A stretch of 64,000 nucleotides of DNA. It comes from Flavobacteriales bacterium (GTDB lineage Bacteria > Bacteroidota > Bacteroidia > Flavobacteriales > BACL11). The notes under the pieces were generated by a model, which saw only the letters and a program-made list of their open reading frames with translations, searched no databases and was not told the DNA's origin. This document shows, piece after piece, positions 19,118-28,648 of the stretch; positions within the stretch are counted from its first letter, which is position 1, and every line of letters starts with the position of its first letter. The position numbers and the translations under genes are program-made. Location: NCBI GenBank assembly GCA_014239655.1, contig JAAZYM010000018.1, positions 12,700 to 76,699 of the forward strand, written 5' to 3'.

Positions 19118-20659
19118 CTAAGAACACATCTGAGCACATTTTTGACCATCAATTGCTGCAGAGATAATTCCTCCTGCATATCCAGCCCCTTCTCCACAAG
19201 GATATAATCCCTTTATTTTAATATGTTCTAATGTTTTTGGGTCTCTAGGAATTCTTACTGGAGATGATGTTCTGCTCTCCGGAGCATGTACAATAGCTTC
19301 ATTTGTAAAAAAACCTTTCATGTGTTTACCAAATTCTAAGAATCCTTTTTGAAGATTTTTAAGTATAAAATCAGGTAATAGCTCTTTGAGATTAGCAGAT
19401 TCAACTCCAGGAAGATAAGATGTTTCTGCTACATCTTTTGATATTTTTCCATTTACAAAATCAACTAGTCTTTGTGCTGGTACTTTTTGGGTTTTACCTC
19501 CCATTTCCCATGCTTGTTGTTCTATTTTCTTTTGAAATGCTATACCAGCTAATGGACCTTGGCTTTTAAAGTCTTTAAAATCATCTATCTTAAGCTCAAC
19601 TACTATTCCAGAGTTAGAAGTTGGGAAATCTCTTTTTGATGGCGACCATCCATTAGTAACTACTTCTTCTTGAGATGTAGCACATGGGGCAATTATTCCT
19701 CCTGGACACATGCAGAATGAATATACTCCTCTACCATTTATTTGTCGTGCAATAGAATATGGGGCAGGAGGCAGGTATTCTTCTCTTTGATTACACTTAT
19801 ATTGTATCTTGTCAATTAATTCTTGACTATGCTCTACTCTTACTCCTAAAGCAAAAGATTTTAGCTCTAATGAAATTCCTTTGTTGTTTAGTAGACTGTA
19901 TATGTCTCTTGCTGAGTGTCCTGTAGCAAGAATAATTTTAGAGCAATTAATTATGGTTGAATTTTTTAATGTTATTGAATGGACTTTATTGTTCTTGATA
20001 TTAATATCAGTTAATCTTGAGTTAAAATGTATTTCGCCTCCATAGTTTATAATTGTTTCTCTAATATTTTCAATGATTTTTGGCAACTTATTTGTTCCTA
20101 TATGAGGATGAGCATCAATCTTTATCTGTTTAGTTGCGCCATGTTCTACTAGAATATCAAGGATTCTATTTACATCTCCTCTTTTTTTAGATCTTGTGTA
20201 GAGTTTTCCATCTGAAAATGTTCCGGCACCTCCTTCTCCAAAGCAGTAGTTAGAATCACTATTTACAATATGTTCTTTAGTAAGTTTAGCTAGATCACGC
20301 CTTCTGTTTCTTACTTTCTTTCCTCTTTCAATAATTATAGGTTTTAATCCTTTTTCTATTAATTGAAGTGCTGCAAATAATCCTGCAGGTCCAGCACCAA
20401 TTATAATTATCTCTTTTGCTTTGCTTACATTCTTATATGTTGTCTTTTCTTCTTTAGTAATGTGTTTTTGATTGATATATATGTCAATTTTCAGGTTAAT
20501 CTTAATTTTTTTTTGTCTAGCGTCTATTGATTTCTTTAGAATATCTAAGTGCTTTATGTTCTTTTTTTCAATATTAAAATCTTTAGAGATTTTTTTTAAG
20601 AGTAGATTTCTTTTTTCAGCACATTCTGGGCTTACCTGAATTTGTATTGTTTTTATCAT
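19118..20659 (-). CDS. NAD(P)/FAD-dependent oxidoreductase (COG2509-type)
   Basis: Dinucleotide-binding motif IIIIGAGPAGLFAALQL preceded by an N-terminal extension of about 80 aa. 513 aa, typical of this family. Confidence 0.7.
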   Translation of the reverse strand: MIKTIQIQVSPECAEKRNLLLKKISKDFNIEKKNIKHLDILKKSIDARQKKIKINLKIDIYINQKHITKEEKTTYKNVSKAKEIIIIGAGPAGLFAALQLIEKGLKPIIIERGKKVRNRRRDLAKLTKEHIVNSDSNYCFGEGGAGTFSDGKLYTRSKKRGDVNRILDILVEHGATKQIKIDAHPHIGTNKLPKIIENIRETIINYGGEIHFNSRLTDINIKNNKVHSITLKNSTIINCSKIILATGHSARDIYSLLNNKGISLELKSFALGVRVEHSQELIDKIQYKCNQREEYLPPAPYSIARQINGRGVYSFCMCPGGIIAPCATSQEEVVTNGWSPSKRDFPTSNSGIVVELKIDDFKDFKSQGPLAGIAFQKKIEQQAWEMGGKTQKVPAQRLVDFVNGKISKDVAETSYLPGVESANLKELLPDFILKNLQKGFLEFGKHMKGFFTNEAIVHAPESRTSSPVRIPRDPKTLEHIKIKGLYPCGEGAGYAGGIISAAIDGQKCAQMCS

Positions 20660-20729
20660 GTATGTAAAGGTACATAATGAAATTTTCTTAACTAATAAAT
20701 TATAGTCTTTATCGTTAGAGTTAAGTGTG

Positions 20730-21350
20730 ATGGATATGAAAAAATATTTTAATTTTGAATATATGAGGGATGCTTTCTTATTATATTGTTTTTTCTTTTC
20801 TTTTATTTTTTCTTTTTCTCAGGAGAATATTACCGTTTCTCCTTTTATTGTTGTTGATGGAGAGACTATCTTTACATCAGATATTCCACAGTTAGATATT
20901 ATCGAGTTTAAAGATGTAAATGAAAGAAAAAGCTTTTATAAACTTAGAAGGAGGGTGCTTAAGGTTTATCCATATGCACTAGAAACAAAATTTAAGGTTG
21001 ATTCCTTAAATTATGCTTTGGATTCAATAGGAAAGAAAAGAAAAAAGAGAAAACATATAAGAAGTGTAGCTAGGGTAGTAAAGAAACAATATACTACAGC
21101 TTTAAAAAACCTTACCATGAAGGAAGGTGGGATTTTAATCAAACTAATATATAGAGAAACAGGTATTAGTACCTATGATCTTTTAAGGCAATATAAGGGG
21201 TGGTGGAGCGCTACTATGTGGCAAGCATTTGCTAGAATGTATGATCATAATTTAAAGTCAATTTACGATCCTGTTAATGTTCGGGAAGATATGTTTATCG
21301 ATAAGATTCTTATTCAGGCTAAAAAAGAAGGAAGGATTAAGTCTCTATAG
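20730..21350 (+). CDS. DUF4294-like secreted protein
   Basis: Hydrophobic N-terminus and a basic KKRKKRK patch. The family call is from memory. The track start at 20727 is GTG, and ATGs at 20730 and 20736 are more likely. Confidence 0.4.
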   Translation: MDMKKYFNFEYMRDAFLLYCFFFSFIFSFSQENITVSPFIVVDGETIFTSDIPQLDIIEFKDVNERKSFYKLRRRVLKVYPYALETKFKVDSLNYALDSIGKKRKKRKHIRSVARVVKKQYTTALKNLTMKEGGILIKLIYRETGISTYDLLRQYKGWWSATMWQAFARMYDHNLKSIYDPVNVREDMFIDKILIQAKKEGRIKSL

Positions 21351-22829
21351 TTTAGAAAAACTTTTGCTTGTTACTTTGTCTTCTGAATATAAAGTTAAAG
21401 TATAGGTTCCTCTATTTAAATTATTGATATTCAGTTTTTTATAATAATCTGTTTTTAGAACAATTCTTCCTAATTGATCTGTTATTTCGATTCTATCAAT
21501 ATTATAATCAGTTTGTATATTTAATAGTTCGGCAGCTGGATTTGGATAGATATTGATTGATTGAGAAAGTTCATCTATTGAAGTAGATCCAGAGTTGTTT
21601 TCAAAATACATGAACATTTCTCCTTCAAGTCCAGATGAGATAATATCTAGATCTCCATCTCCATCAATATCAATCATCTCTGAATTTATTATAATACCTA
21701 AGTAACTTGTGTCTGGAGATAGGCCAAATGGATTTTGTGCTTGTAGAGACATTATTGGGTTTGTAGCACTTCCTTTATTTTGTTGATATAAAAATTTGTA
21801 TTCAGAATTTCCAAAATCACCATAAGGGGTTGTTAATAAATCAAAATCACCATCTTGATCCAAATCTCCAAAGGAGGGAACTACTGGATAATATCCATTA
21901 GGAAATGTAATTCCAATTAGATTAACTTGAGGGGATGAAAACTGAGGATTATTCTGATCTCCTATATTTTCTAGATAAATCATATCTTGATTTTGGAGAT
22001 AACCTTGATTTCCAAAGACAGATGATGAGCAAATCACATCATAATCACCATCACCATCAATATCTACAACATCAGAGGTAGCTATTATTGAATCTAGGCC
22101 TAATCCAAAAGAATTATTCTGCTGAGCGGCAAAGAGAGGAATACTTGGATTTCCTATATTTTCATAATATTTAAAAACGGTATTAACACTATACTCATAT
22201 TGATAAGTCTGATAGTTATAGCTAGCATATGCACCCATGTATGTGGCAAGAATATCAAAATCACCATCATTATCAAGATCAACTAGGTTGTGTGATAGTA
22301 ATGATATCGCAAGAGTCATGTTTTGCGGAGATGTTAGATTGAAAGGATTTTTAACTCCTAGAGAGAATTGAGGGTTTGTAGCGGATCCTATATTCTCGCA
22401 ATAAATGAAAATATTATCCGAATAATATGAATAGTAGCTTGTATCAATTTCTTGAGTTTCATATAATAAATCTAAATCACCATCACCATCCATATCTGCA
22501 AATTGTGCTTTTCCAGGATAATAACTATACCCAAAAATATTACTGTTAGAATTTAAACCAAATGGGTTTTGTACAGGAGTGGTAAATGATTGTGCATTAA
22601 TATGATTAGTGGTAGATAATCCAAATAAAATTGCAAAAGACCCAATAATATGCTTTAGTTTATTTATAGATATATTTCCTTTTAAGAGACTTACAAGGTT
22701 CTTAATTTTTGAGATTAATATATTTATCTCTTTAGAAATAATGCCATTTGAAATTTTTAAAAGATTTTCTAGATTATAAATATGGTTTTTTAGTTGACGT
22801 TCCTTTCTAGAAAAATGATTCTTTGGCAT
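21345..22829 (-). CDS. FG-GAP/VCBS-repeat protein with a type-A T9SS C-terminal domain
   Basis: Five Ca-binding-type loops (DMDGDGDLDL, DLDNDGDFDI, DIDGDGDYDV, DLDQDGDFDL, DIDGDGDLDI). The C-terminus IYPNPAAELLNIQ...GTYTLTLYS...KSFSKL looks like a T9SS CTD. Confidence 0.75.
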   Translation of the reverse strand: MPKNHFSRKERQLKNHIYNLENLLKISNGIISKEINILISKIKNLVSLLKGNISINKLKHIIGSFAILFGLSTTNHINAQSFTTPVQNPFGLNSNSNIFGYSYYPGKAQFADMDGDGDLDLLYETQEIDTSYYSYYSDNIFIYCENIGSATNPQFSLGVKNPFNLTSPQNMTLAISLLSHNLVDLDNDGDFDILATYMGAYASYNYQTYQYEYSVNTVFKYYENIGNPSIPLFAAQQNNSFGLGLDSIIATSDVVDIDGDGDYDVICSSSVFGNQGYLQNQDMIYLENIGDQNNPQFSSPQVNLIGITFPNGYYPVVPSFGDLDQDGDFDLLTTPYGDFGNSEYKFLYQQNKGSATNPIMSLQAQNPFGLSPDTSYLGIIINSEMIDIDGDGDLDIISSGLEGEMFMYFENNSGSTSIDELSQSINIYPNPAAELLNIQTDYNIDRIEITDQLGRIVLKTDYYKKLNINNLNRGTYTLTLYSEDKVTSKSFSKL

Positions 22830-22855
22830 TGTTATAATTTGTTATACAATATTAG

Positions 22856-23941
22856 TTATTCTTTCTTTCTTTTCCAAAATGTTGATTCTGGGATGCTTAG
22901 ACCTTCTTTATAATCATCACTTAATGTATTTAATATATTAGGCCTAATTTTATCTCTAAGAATATGTATATCATATATTTCGTCAAGTGAGCTTAAGTAA
23001 TTTATTTTTCCTGCAATACTTGCAGTAGGCAGATGGACTATTACTATACCTGCTTGATTTGCTTTCTCAGCAAATGGTAATTTTCCAAAAGTTGAAGATT
23101 TTTTTCTAAGTTTTGATAGACCGATAAATAAATAATCTTTATGTAGGCTCATTCCTCTAACAAAACCACCAATTTTTACAATAACATCATAGGTGCCATT
23201 TTCTTTATTAATCTTAACTAACTCACCAGTTGCAGAGAGAAGAACATATAATTCATCATTGAATACTCTAGGAGTATGAGGCATTGCTAGTCCTTGAGCT
23301 ATTATTTTATTGTGTTCAATATCATAGATTACACCTGTTTCTGTTATTTTTTCTCTCCAGCTTTGTGGAGAATTTCCATTATTGAAAGCAGTAGCATATT
23401 TTGGTTTTCCATTTAACATGGCCATTCCATTAAGATGACACCGATCTTCTGAGGTTATTTTATCTATCTGCGGTGGAGACCAAAAGGGAGTGAAGTTATA
23501 ATTATCATCAATTTTTACTATACATGAAAATAAGGTATTAACAGCATATAATTCATTGTTTATTCCAAAACTTAGATCATGAATATCTAGACCTCCTGTA
23601 TGAAAGGTTGACCTTGGCATATATAAAGCATCATATTTATTAGGAGCTTTTGGATAGTAAAGAGCAAGCTCGGGAGAATTTTTAAAAATTATAATTTCAT
23701 CCTTACATGCTAAGGCTAGTTTTTGTTGATCGAAATCTTCAGCAATACCCATGGCTTTATGAAAATTTCTAGGTAGTTGTGTTAATGAGTCTTCATCTTT
23801 TGCAGATATAAATACTAATTTACCAGCTTGATATGTAGATATAGCAATGGTGCAGTTAAGTTTTTGAAGTAGTTCTGGTACTTGTGCACTAAATTGACAA
23901 CTAAATGGCGCTAAGGCCTTATTTTCGTCATTATTGGTCAT
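22856..23941 (-). CDS. TIGR03032-like uncharacterised protein (probable beta-propeller)
   Basis: The N-terminal pattern F.CQFS..VPELL..L.CTIAISTYQAGKLVFI resembles the TIGR03032 family as I recall it. Repetitive strand-rich blocks follow. Its start codon abuts the hbd stop. Confidence 0.5.
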   Translation of the reverse strand: MTNNDENKALAPFSCQFSAQVPELLQKLNCTIAISTYQAGKLVFISAKDEDSLTQLPRNFHKAMGIAEDFDQQKLALACKDEIIIFKNSPELALYYPKAPNKYDALYMPRSTFHTGGLDIHDLSFGINNELYAVNTLFSCIVKIDDNYNFTPFWSPPQIDKITSEDRCHLNGMAMLNGKPKYATAFNNGNSPQSWREKITETGVIYDIEHNKIIAQGLAMPHTPRVFNDELYVLLSATGELVKINKENGTYDVIVKIGGFVRGMSLHKDYLFIGLSKLRKKSSTFGKLPFAEKANQAGIVIVHLPTASIAGKINYLSSLDEIYDIHILRDKIRPNILNTLSDDYKEGLSIPESTFWKRKKE

Positions 23942-24832
23942 CTATTTTCTGAATTGGGCAGCAACTTTTTTATTTCTAGGCCCTTCTGAATAATCATAGA
24001 ATCCTTGACCAGTCTTTATTCCAAGAGTATTATTATTTACCATGTCAACAAGAAGTGAACAAGCTTTGTATTTCTCATCTTTAAAACCATCGTACATAAC
24101 CTCAAGAATTGATAAGCAAACATCTAATCCAATAAAATCAGCCAAATGTAATGGGCCCATTGGGTGTGACATACCTAAAATCATTACTGTGTCAATTCCC
24201 TCTACATCACTAACATTTTCATTTAGAGTATGTATTGCCTCATTGATCATAGGCATTAATATCCTATTTGCTACAAAACCTGGGGCATCATTAACCTCTA
24301 CAGGTATTTTATCTAGTTTTCTGCTTAAAGTCATTATTAAGTTTGTAACCTCATCAGAGGTTTCTTTTCCTCTAATTACTTCAACAAGTTTCATAATCGG
24401 GACAGGATTCATAAAGTGCATCCCTATTACCTTATCCTTTCTATTAGTCTTGTTAGCAATCTGTGTTATTGAAATAGATGATGTATTGGTTGCCAGAATG
24501 GTATCATCTTTACATATACTATCTAGATCTTTAAAGATTTTTAGTTTCAGATCAATATTTTCTGTTGCTGCCTCTACTACTAAATCACTTTCTTTAACGC
24601 CAGAATCAAAATCAGTTGTTGTTGTAATCTTTTTGAGTGTATTTATTTTTTCTTCATTAGTGATTTTTTCTTTTGTTACCATGCGATCTAAATTCTTAGT
24701 TATAGTAGCAATTGCTCTATCTAAATTTTCATTTGATATATCTACAATTGTTACATTGTAATTTTTCTGTGCAAATGCATGAGCAATTCCATTTCCCATT
24801 GTTCCTGCTCCAATAATTGTTATGTTTTCCAT
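23942..24832 (-). CDS. hbd: 3-hydroxybutyryl-CoA / 3-hydroxyacyl-CoA dehydrogenase
   Basis: Rossmann motif ITIIGAGTMGNGIAHAFA, HFMNPVP and GFVANRIL motifs. 296 aa. Confidence 0.9.
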   Translation of the reverse strand: MENITIIGAGTMGNGIAHAFAQKNYNVTIVDISNENLDRAIATITKNLDRMVTKEKITNEEKINTLKKITTTTDFDSGVKESDLVVEAATENIDLKLKIFKDLDSICKDDTILATNTSSISITQIANKTNRKDKVIGMHFMNPVPIMKLVEVIRGKETSDEVTNLIMTLSRKLDKIPVEVNDAPGFVANRILMPMINEAIHTLNENVSDVEGIDTVMILGMSHPMGPLHLADFIGLDVCLSILEVMYDGFKDEKYKACSLLVDMVNNNTLGIKTGQGFYDYSEGPRNKKVAAQFRK

Positions 24833-24847
24833 TTTTTCGTTATTAAT

Positions 24848-25678
24848 TTAATATAAAATCTTGACGTTGTCAAAACTAATTTCTTCACTGATACTAGGAT
24901 CATTTCTTCTCATATTTATAAATACTTTAAAAGAAACAGCGCCAATACTTTCACTAACTGTAGAGGTTAGGTTAATATATATTTTATTCCAGTCTTGCTT
25001 TGGAGTCACCCAAAGAAGTTCTCTTTTAACTACATCCTGAGAATAATTAATATACATTCCAACTAAGAATTCAGTGCTAGATTTATAGTCAATTTCTAAA
25101 TATACAGGAGCTCCTTGCTGAGGTAAGATTAAATCTTGTGTAGAAGCCTCAAAATTAATGTTAGGAGTATCAATTTTTGCATAAGCATAATGATTTTGAT
25201 TTTCTGATATTATTGAAAAATCTATTTCACTATTTAAAGTTGAATCAATAATAGTTCCCGAGCTTTCAAAATCTTCTATTTGATCTGGAGCTGGAGTAAA
25301 TTCATCATTATATGTGAAAATAGGGGAGATAATTTTACTCTCATCTTGATTTAGTTCAATTGTGTCAAAATAACTATTATAAAATGGATATTGTATCCTT
25401 GTTGATGCAATGCCATTTGCTTTTACTCCTGCTTTAATTCGTATATTTTGTATTCCTTCATTTAGTATTGGAAATTCAACAGGCATCTCATAGACTCCCT
25501 GTAGATTATCATCTATATAGAACCATACATCAGTTATATTATCTGTGTTTGCTCCAAAATCTTGATTGTATAATAAGTCTACATCATCAATTTTAACATA
25601 TGAAGGGATATCATTATTTTCCTTATTACATGAGAAGAAAGAAAAAATTAATATGAAGTATAAGATCCTTTGTAACAT
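24848..25678 (-). CDS. Lipoprotein of unknown function
   Basis: Signal peptide ending in the lipobox-like FSFFSC. No recognisable catalytic motif. Confidence 0.5.
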   Translation of the reverse strand: MLQRILYFILIFSFFSCNKENNDIPSYVKIDDVDLLYNQDFGANTDNITDVWFYIDDNLQGVYEMPVEFPILNEGIQNIRIKAGVKANGIASTRIQYPFYNSYFDTIELNQDESKIISPIFTYNDEFTPAPDQIEDFESSGTIIDSTLNSEIDFSIISENQNHYAYAKIDTPNINFEASTQDLILPQQGAPVYLEIDYKSSTEFLVGMYINYSQDVVKRELLWVTPKQDWNKIYINLTSTVSESIGAVSFKVFINMRRNDPSISEEISFDNVKILY

Positions 25679-25805
25679 TTATTTCTCTTTTAACAATATG
25701 TTGTGTATTTAATTTTAGTGTTATTTAAGTTTCTAACTGATAATATCTTTCTTTTGTATAAAGATTTTTCAAAAATACACTTAATACAATTATTATAATA
25801 ATCCT

Positions 25806-26456
25806 ATGAAAGATACTTTTTTACATAAAGGTTTAAGAAAGAAATTAGTTGATGATCTTTCTAGTAGGGGAATTAATAATCAAGAGATTCTTGATGCAAT
25901 AATGAATATTCCTAGGCATTTATTTATGGATAATGCATTTGTAAATTTTGCTTATCAGGATAAAGCTTTTCCAATTGGTTCTGGTCAGACAATATCTCAG
26001 CCCTATACTGTAGCTTTCCAAACAGAATTATTAGATATTAAACCTTATCAGAAGATTCTTGAAATCGGTACTGGTTCTGGTTATCAAGCTGCAGTTTTAC
26101 ATGAATTGAATACTCATGTTTATACAATTGAACGTCAGAAAGATTTATTTAAGAAAACTAAAGAATTTTTACCTTCAATTGGATATCAATGTATGTTTTT
26201 CTATGGAGATGGTTATAAAGGATTAGAAAAATTTGCTCCTTTTGAGAGAATTATTATAACTTGTGGAGCACCAAAAATTCCTCAATCTTTAGTCGATCAA
26301 TTAAAAGTAGGTGGAAGAATGGTAGCACCAATAGGAGATGGAGATATTCAAGTAATGCATTTAATTGAAAAGATATCTGAAACTGAAACTAAAATAACTA
26401 CTCATGGTAAATTTTCTTTTGTTCCCATGCTAAATAATAAACAAAATGGAAATTAA
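25806..26456 (+). CDS. pcm: Protein-L-isoaspartate O-methyltransferase
   Basis: QTISQPYTVA and SAM-binding LEIGTGSGYQAAVL motifs. 216 aa. Confidence 0.9.
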   Translation: MKDTFLHKGLRKKLVDDLSSRGINNQEILDAIMNIPRHLFMDNAFVNFAYQDKAFPIGSGQTISQPYTVAFQTELLDIKPYQKILEIGTGSGYQAAVLHELNTHVYTIERQKDLFKKTKEFLPSIGYQCMFFYGDGYKGLEKFAPFERIIITCGAPKIPQSLVDQLKVGGRMVAPIGDGDIQVMHLIEKISETETKITTHGKFSFVPMLNNKQNGN

Positions 26457-26529
26457 GGATTCTGTAGGAAATGTACTTAGTAATGGCGATACAATTGTTT
26501 TATCAAAAACTCTAAAAATTAATATTTAA
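26446..26529 (+). pseudogene. 27-codon stub resembling the start of a short PhnA/YjdM-type protein
   Basis: ATG 26446 gives MEIKDSVGNVLSNGDTIVLSKTLKINI*. Compare the E. coli YjdM C-terminal domain [25 protein letters not shown]. It overlaps the pcm end by 11 nt, and its TAA overlaps the stop of the convergent aminotransferase. Confidence 0.45.
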
Positions 26530-27704
26530 TCTAAATTTTTTAACAATATTTCACATCCCTTTTGAATTTCATCTAAAGTAATAGTTAATGGTGGTGTTAT
26601 TCGTATTGAACTATCATTAAATAAGAAATAAAATAGAAGTAAACCATCTTTCATACAATTCTCTACTATCTTATTGGTTTCAAGATTATCATATAAATCC
26701 AATGATAGCATAAGGCCTTTTCCACTAATACTTCTTATTTTTGTGTGTACTAGTAGTTCTCTAAATAACATTTCTTTTTCATTAATATCTTTAATAATGT
26801 TATTGTTTAGAATGTAATCTAATGTAGCATGACTTGCTACACAACCAATAGGATGTCCACCAAAAGTTGTTATATGTCCTAATTTTGGATTATGAGTTAA
26901 TTTATTCATATTATCCCATGATGAAATAAATGCTCCAATCGGGAATCCACCACCCATACCTTTTGCAATACATAAAATATCTGGAATTAAATCAGTGTTT
27001 TCAAAGCCAAATAGTTTTCCAGTTCTTCCAAAACAAGTCTGAATCTCATCAAATATTATTAGTACATCATTTACACTACAAATCTTTTTAAGTTGGTTGA
27101 GAAAATCTTGAGATGCTTCTATAAAACCACTTGCTCCTTGAATAGTTTCTACAACAACAGCAGATGTTTTATCTGTAATTTTTTTTAAGCTTTCAATATT
27201 GTTATATATGATTTGATTACAATTAGGTAAAAGAGGTCTGTAATTTGATTTATATTCTTCATTTCCCATAATACTCAGAGCACCATGAGTAGATCCGTGA
27301 TAAGAATTTTTACAAAAAATGATTTCTGATCTTTTGTTAATTCTTTTTGATAATTTAATTGCTCCTTCAATTGCTTCAGCTCCAGAATTTGTAAAATAAG
27401 TTGTGGACAAAGAATCAGGTAAATTATCAGCTAATAGCTTTGCAAGTTTGTATTGAGGGTCTTGAATATATTCACCATACACCATAACATGAGAATATTT
27501 ATTAATTTGATCCTGTACAGCCGTAGTAACTTGTTCATTACAATGACCTAGAGAACACGCTGAAACTCCAGCTACAAAATCTAAATATTCTTTATTATCA
27601 TAATCTTTTATATATGAGCCACTGGCAGATTTTACATGCAATAGGGAAGGGCTTGGAAAGGTTTGTGCCTGATACTTTTTATAAATATTAATAATATCAG
27701 TCAT
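26526..27704 (-). CDS. Class-III (aspartate aminotransferase family) PLP aminotransferase, acetylornithine/ornithine aminotransferase-like
   Basis: DEIQTCFGRTGKLF and the PLP-lysine region ILCIAKGMGGGFPIGA. 392 aa. Confidence 0.8.
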   Translation of the reverse strand: MTDIINIYKKYQAQTFPSPSLLHVKSASGSYIKDYDNKEYLDFVAGVSACSLGHCNEQVTTAVQDQINKYSHVMVYGEYIQDPQYKLAKLLADNLPDSLSTTYFTNSGAEAIEGAIKLSKRINKRSEIIFCKNSYHGSTHGALSIMGNEEYKSNYRPLLPNCNQIIYNNIESLKKITDKTSAVVVETIQGASGFIEASQDFLNQLKKICSVNDVLIIFDEIQTCFGRTGKLFGFENTDLIPDILCIAKGMGGGFPIGAFISSWDNMNKLTHNPKLGHITTFGGHPIGCVASHATLDYILNNNIIKDINEKEMLFRELLVHTKIRSISGKGLMLSLDLYDNLETNKIVENCMKDGLLLFYFLFNDSSIRITPPLTITLDEIQKGCEILLKNLD

Positions 27705-27710
27705 ATAATA

Positions 27711-28646
27711 TTATTTCCTAGAGAGTACCTTTTTTGATGCTTTAACTATATCTATTGAAGTTAATCCATATTTTTCCATTAGCTGCCTAGGTGTTCCACT
27801 CTCTCCAAAAGTATCATTAACTCCTACCATTTCTAGTGGAGCAGGCATTTCTCTTGATAATAACTGGGCTACACTATCACCTAATCCTCCATTGAGCATG
27901 TGTTCTTCAGCAGTAACTATACATTTTGTTTTTGATACGGAATTAATTATAATATTTTTATCTAGTGGTTTTATTGTATGGATATTAATAACTTCAGCAC
28001 TGATATCTATTTTTTCTAATGCTTTTGAAGCTTCAATAGCTTCCCAGACTAGATGACCAGTTGAAACTATTGTTACATCTTTTCCTTCATTAATTTTTAT
28101 TCCTTTGCCAATTTCAAATTTTTGGTTTTCTAATGTAAAGTTAGGTACTTTTGGTCTACCAAAACGCAAGTATACTGGTCCAAAATGATCAGCAATTGCA
28201 ATTGTTGCTGCTTTGGTTTGATTATAATCACATGTGTTGATTACAGTCATATGAGGAAGCATCTTCATCATGCCAATATCTTCTAATACTTGGTGAGTAG
28301 CACCATCTTCTCCTAAGGTTAATCCTGCATGAGATGCACATATTTTAACATTTTTGTTTGAGTATGCTACTGATTGACGTATTTGATCATAAACTCTAGA
28401 TGTTGAGAAGTTAGCAAATGTGCCGGTAAAAGGAATCTTTCCACCAATAGTCATACCAGCTGCTATCCCAATCATATTTGCTTCTGCTATTCCAATTTGG
28501 AAGAATCTATCAGGGTGATTATTTTTAAAATCATTCATCTTTAGAGAGCCTGTTAGATCAGCACATAATGCAACAATATCCTTGTTTTTCTTTCCCAGTT
28601 CTGTTAATCCAGCACCAAAGCCTGATCTAGTATCCTTCATTTCCAT
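27711..28646 (-). CDS. Transketolase, C-terminal (pyrimidine-binding) subunit of the split enzyme
   Basis: FQIGIAEANMIGIAAGM and HAGLTLGEDGATHQ motifs. 311 aa. Confidence 0.9.
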   Translation of the reverse strand: MEMKDTRSGFGAGLTELGKKNKDIVALCADLTGSLKMNDFKNNHPDRFFQIGIAEANMIGIAAGMTIGGKIPFTGTFANFSTSRVYDQIRQSVAYSNKNVKICASHAGLTLGEDGATHQVLEDIGMMKMLPHMTVINTCDYNQTKAATIAIADHFGPVYLRFGRPKVPNFTLENQKFEIGKGIKINEGKDVTIVSTGHLVWEAIEASKALEKIDISAEVINIHTIKPLDKNIIINSVSKTKCIVTAEEHMLNGGLGDSVAQLLSREMPAPLEMVGVNDTFGESGTPRQLMEKYGLTSIDIVKASKKVLSRK

Positions 28647-28648
28647 AA

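Noticed and set aside
24042-24761. A 239-aa ORF on the plus strand, long for DNA of about 30% GC.
   Set aside because: It lies entirely antisense to the strongly supported hbd gene. Its product is low-complexity S/I/L/F/T-rich with no motif. It is a typical shadow ORF created by the codon bias of the sense gene.
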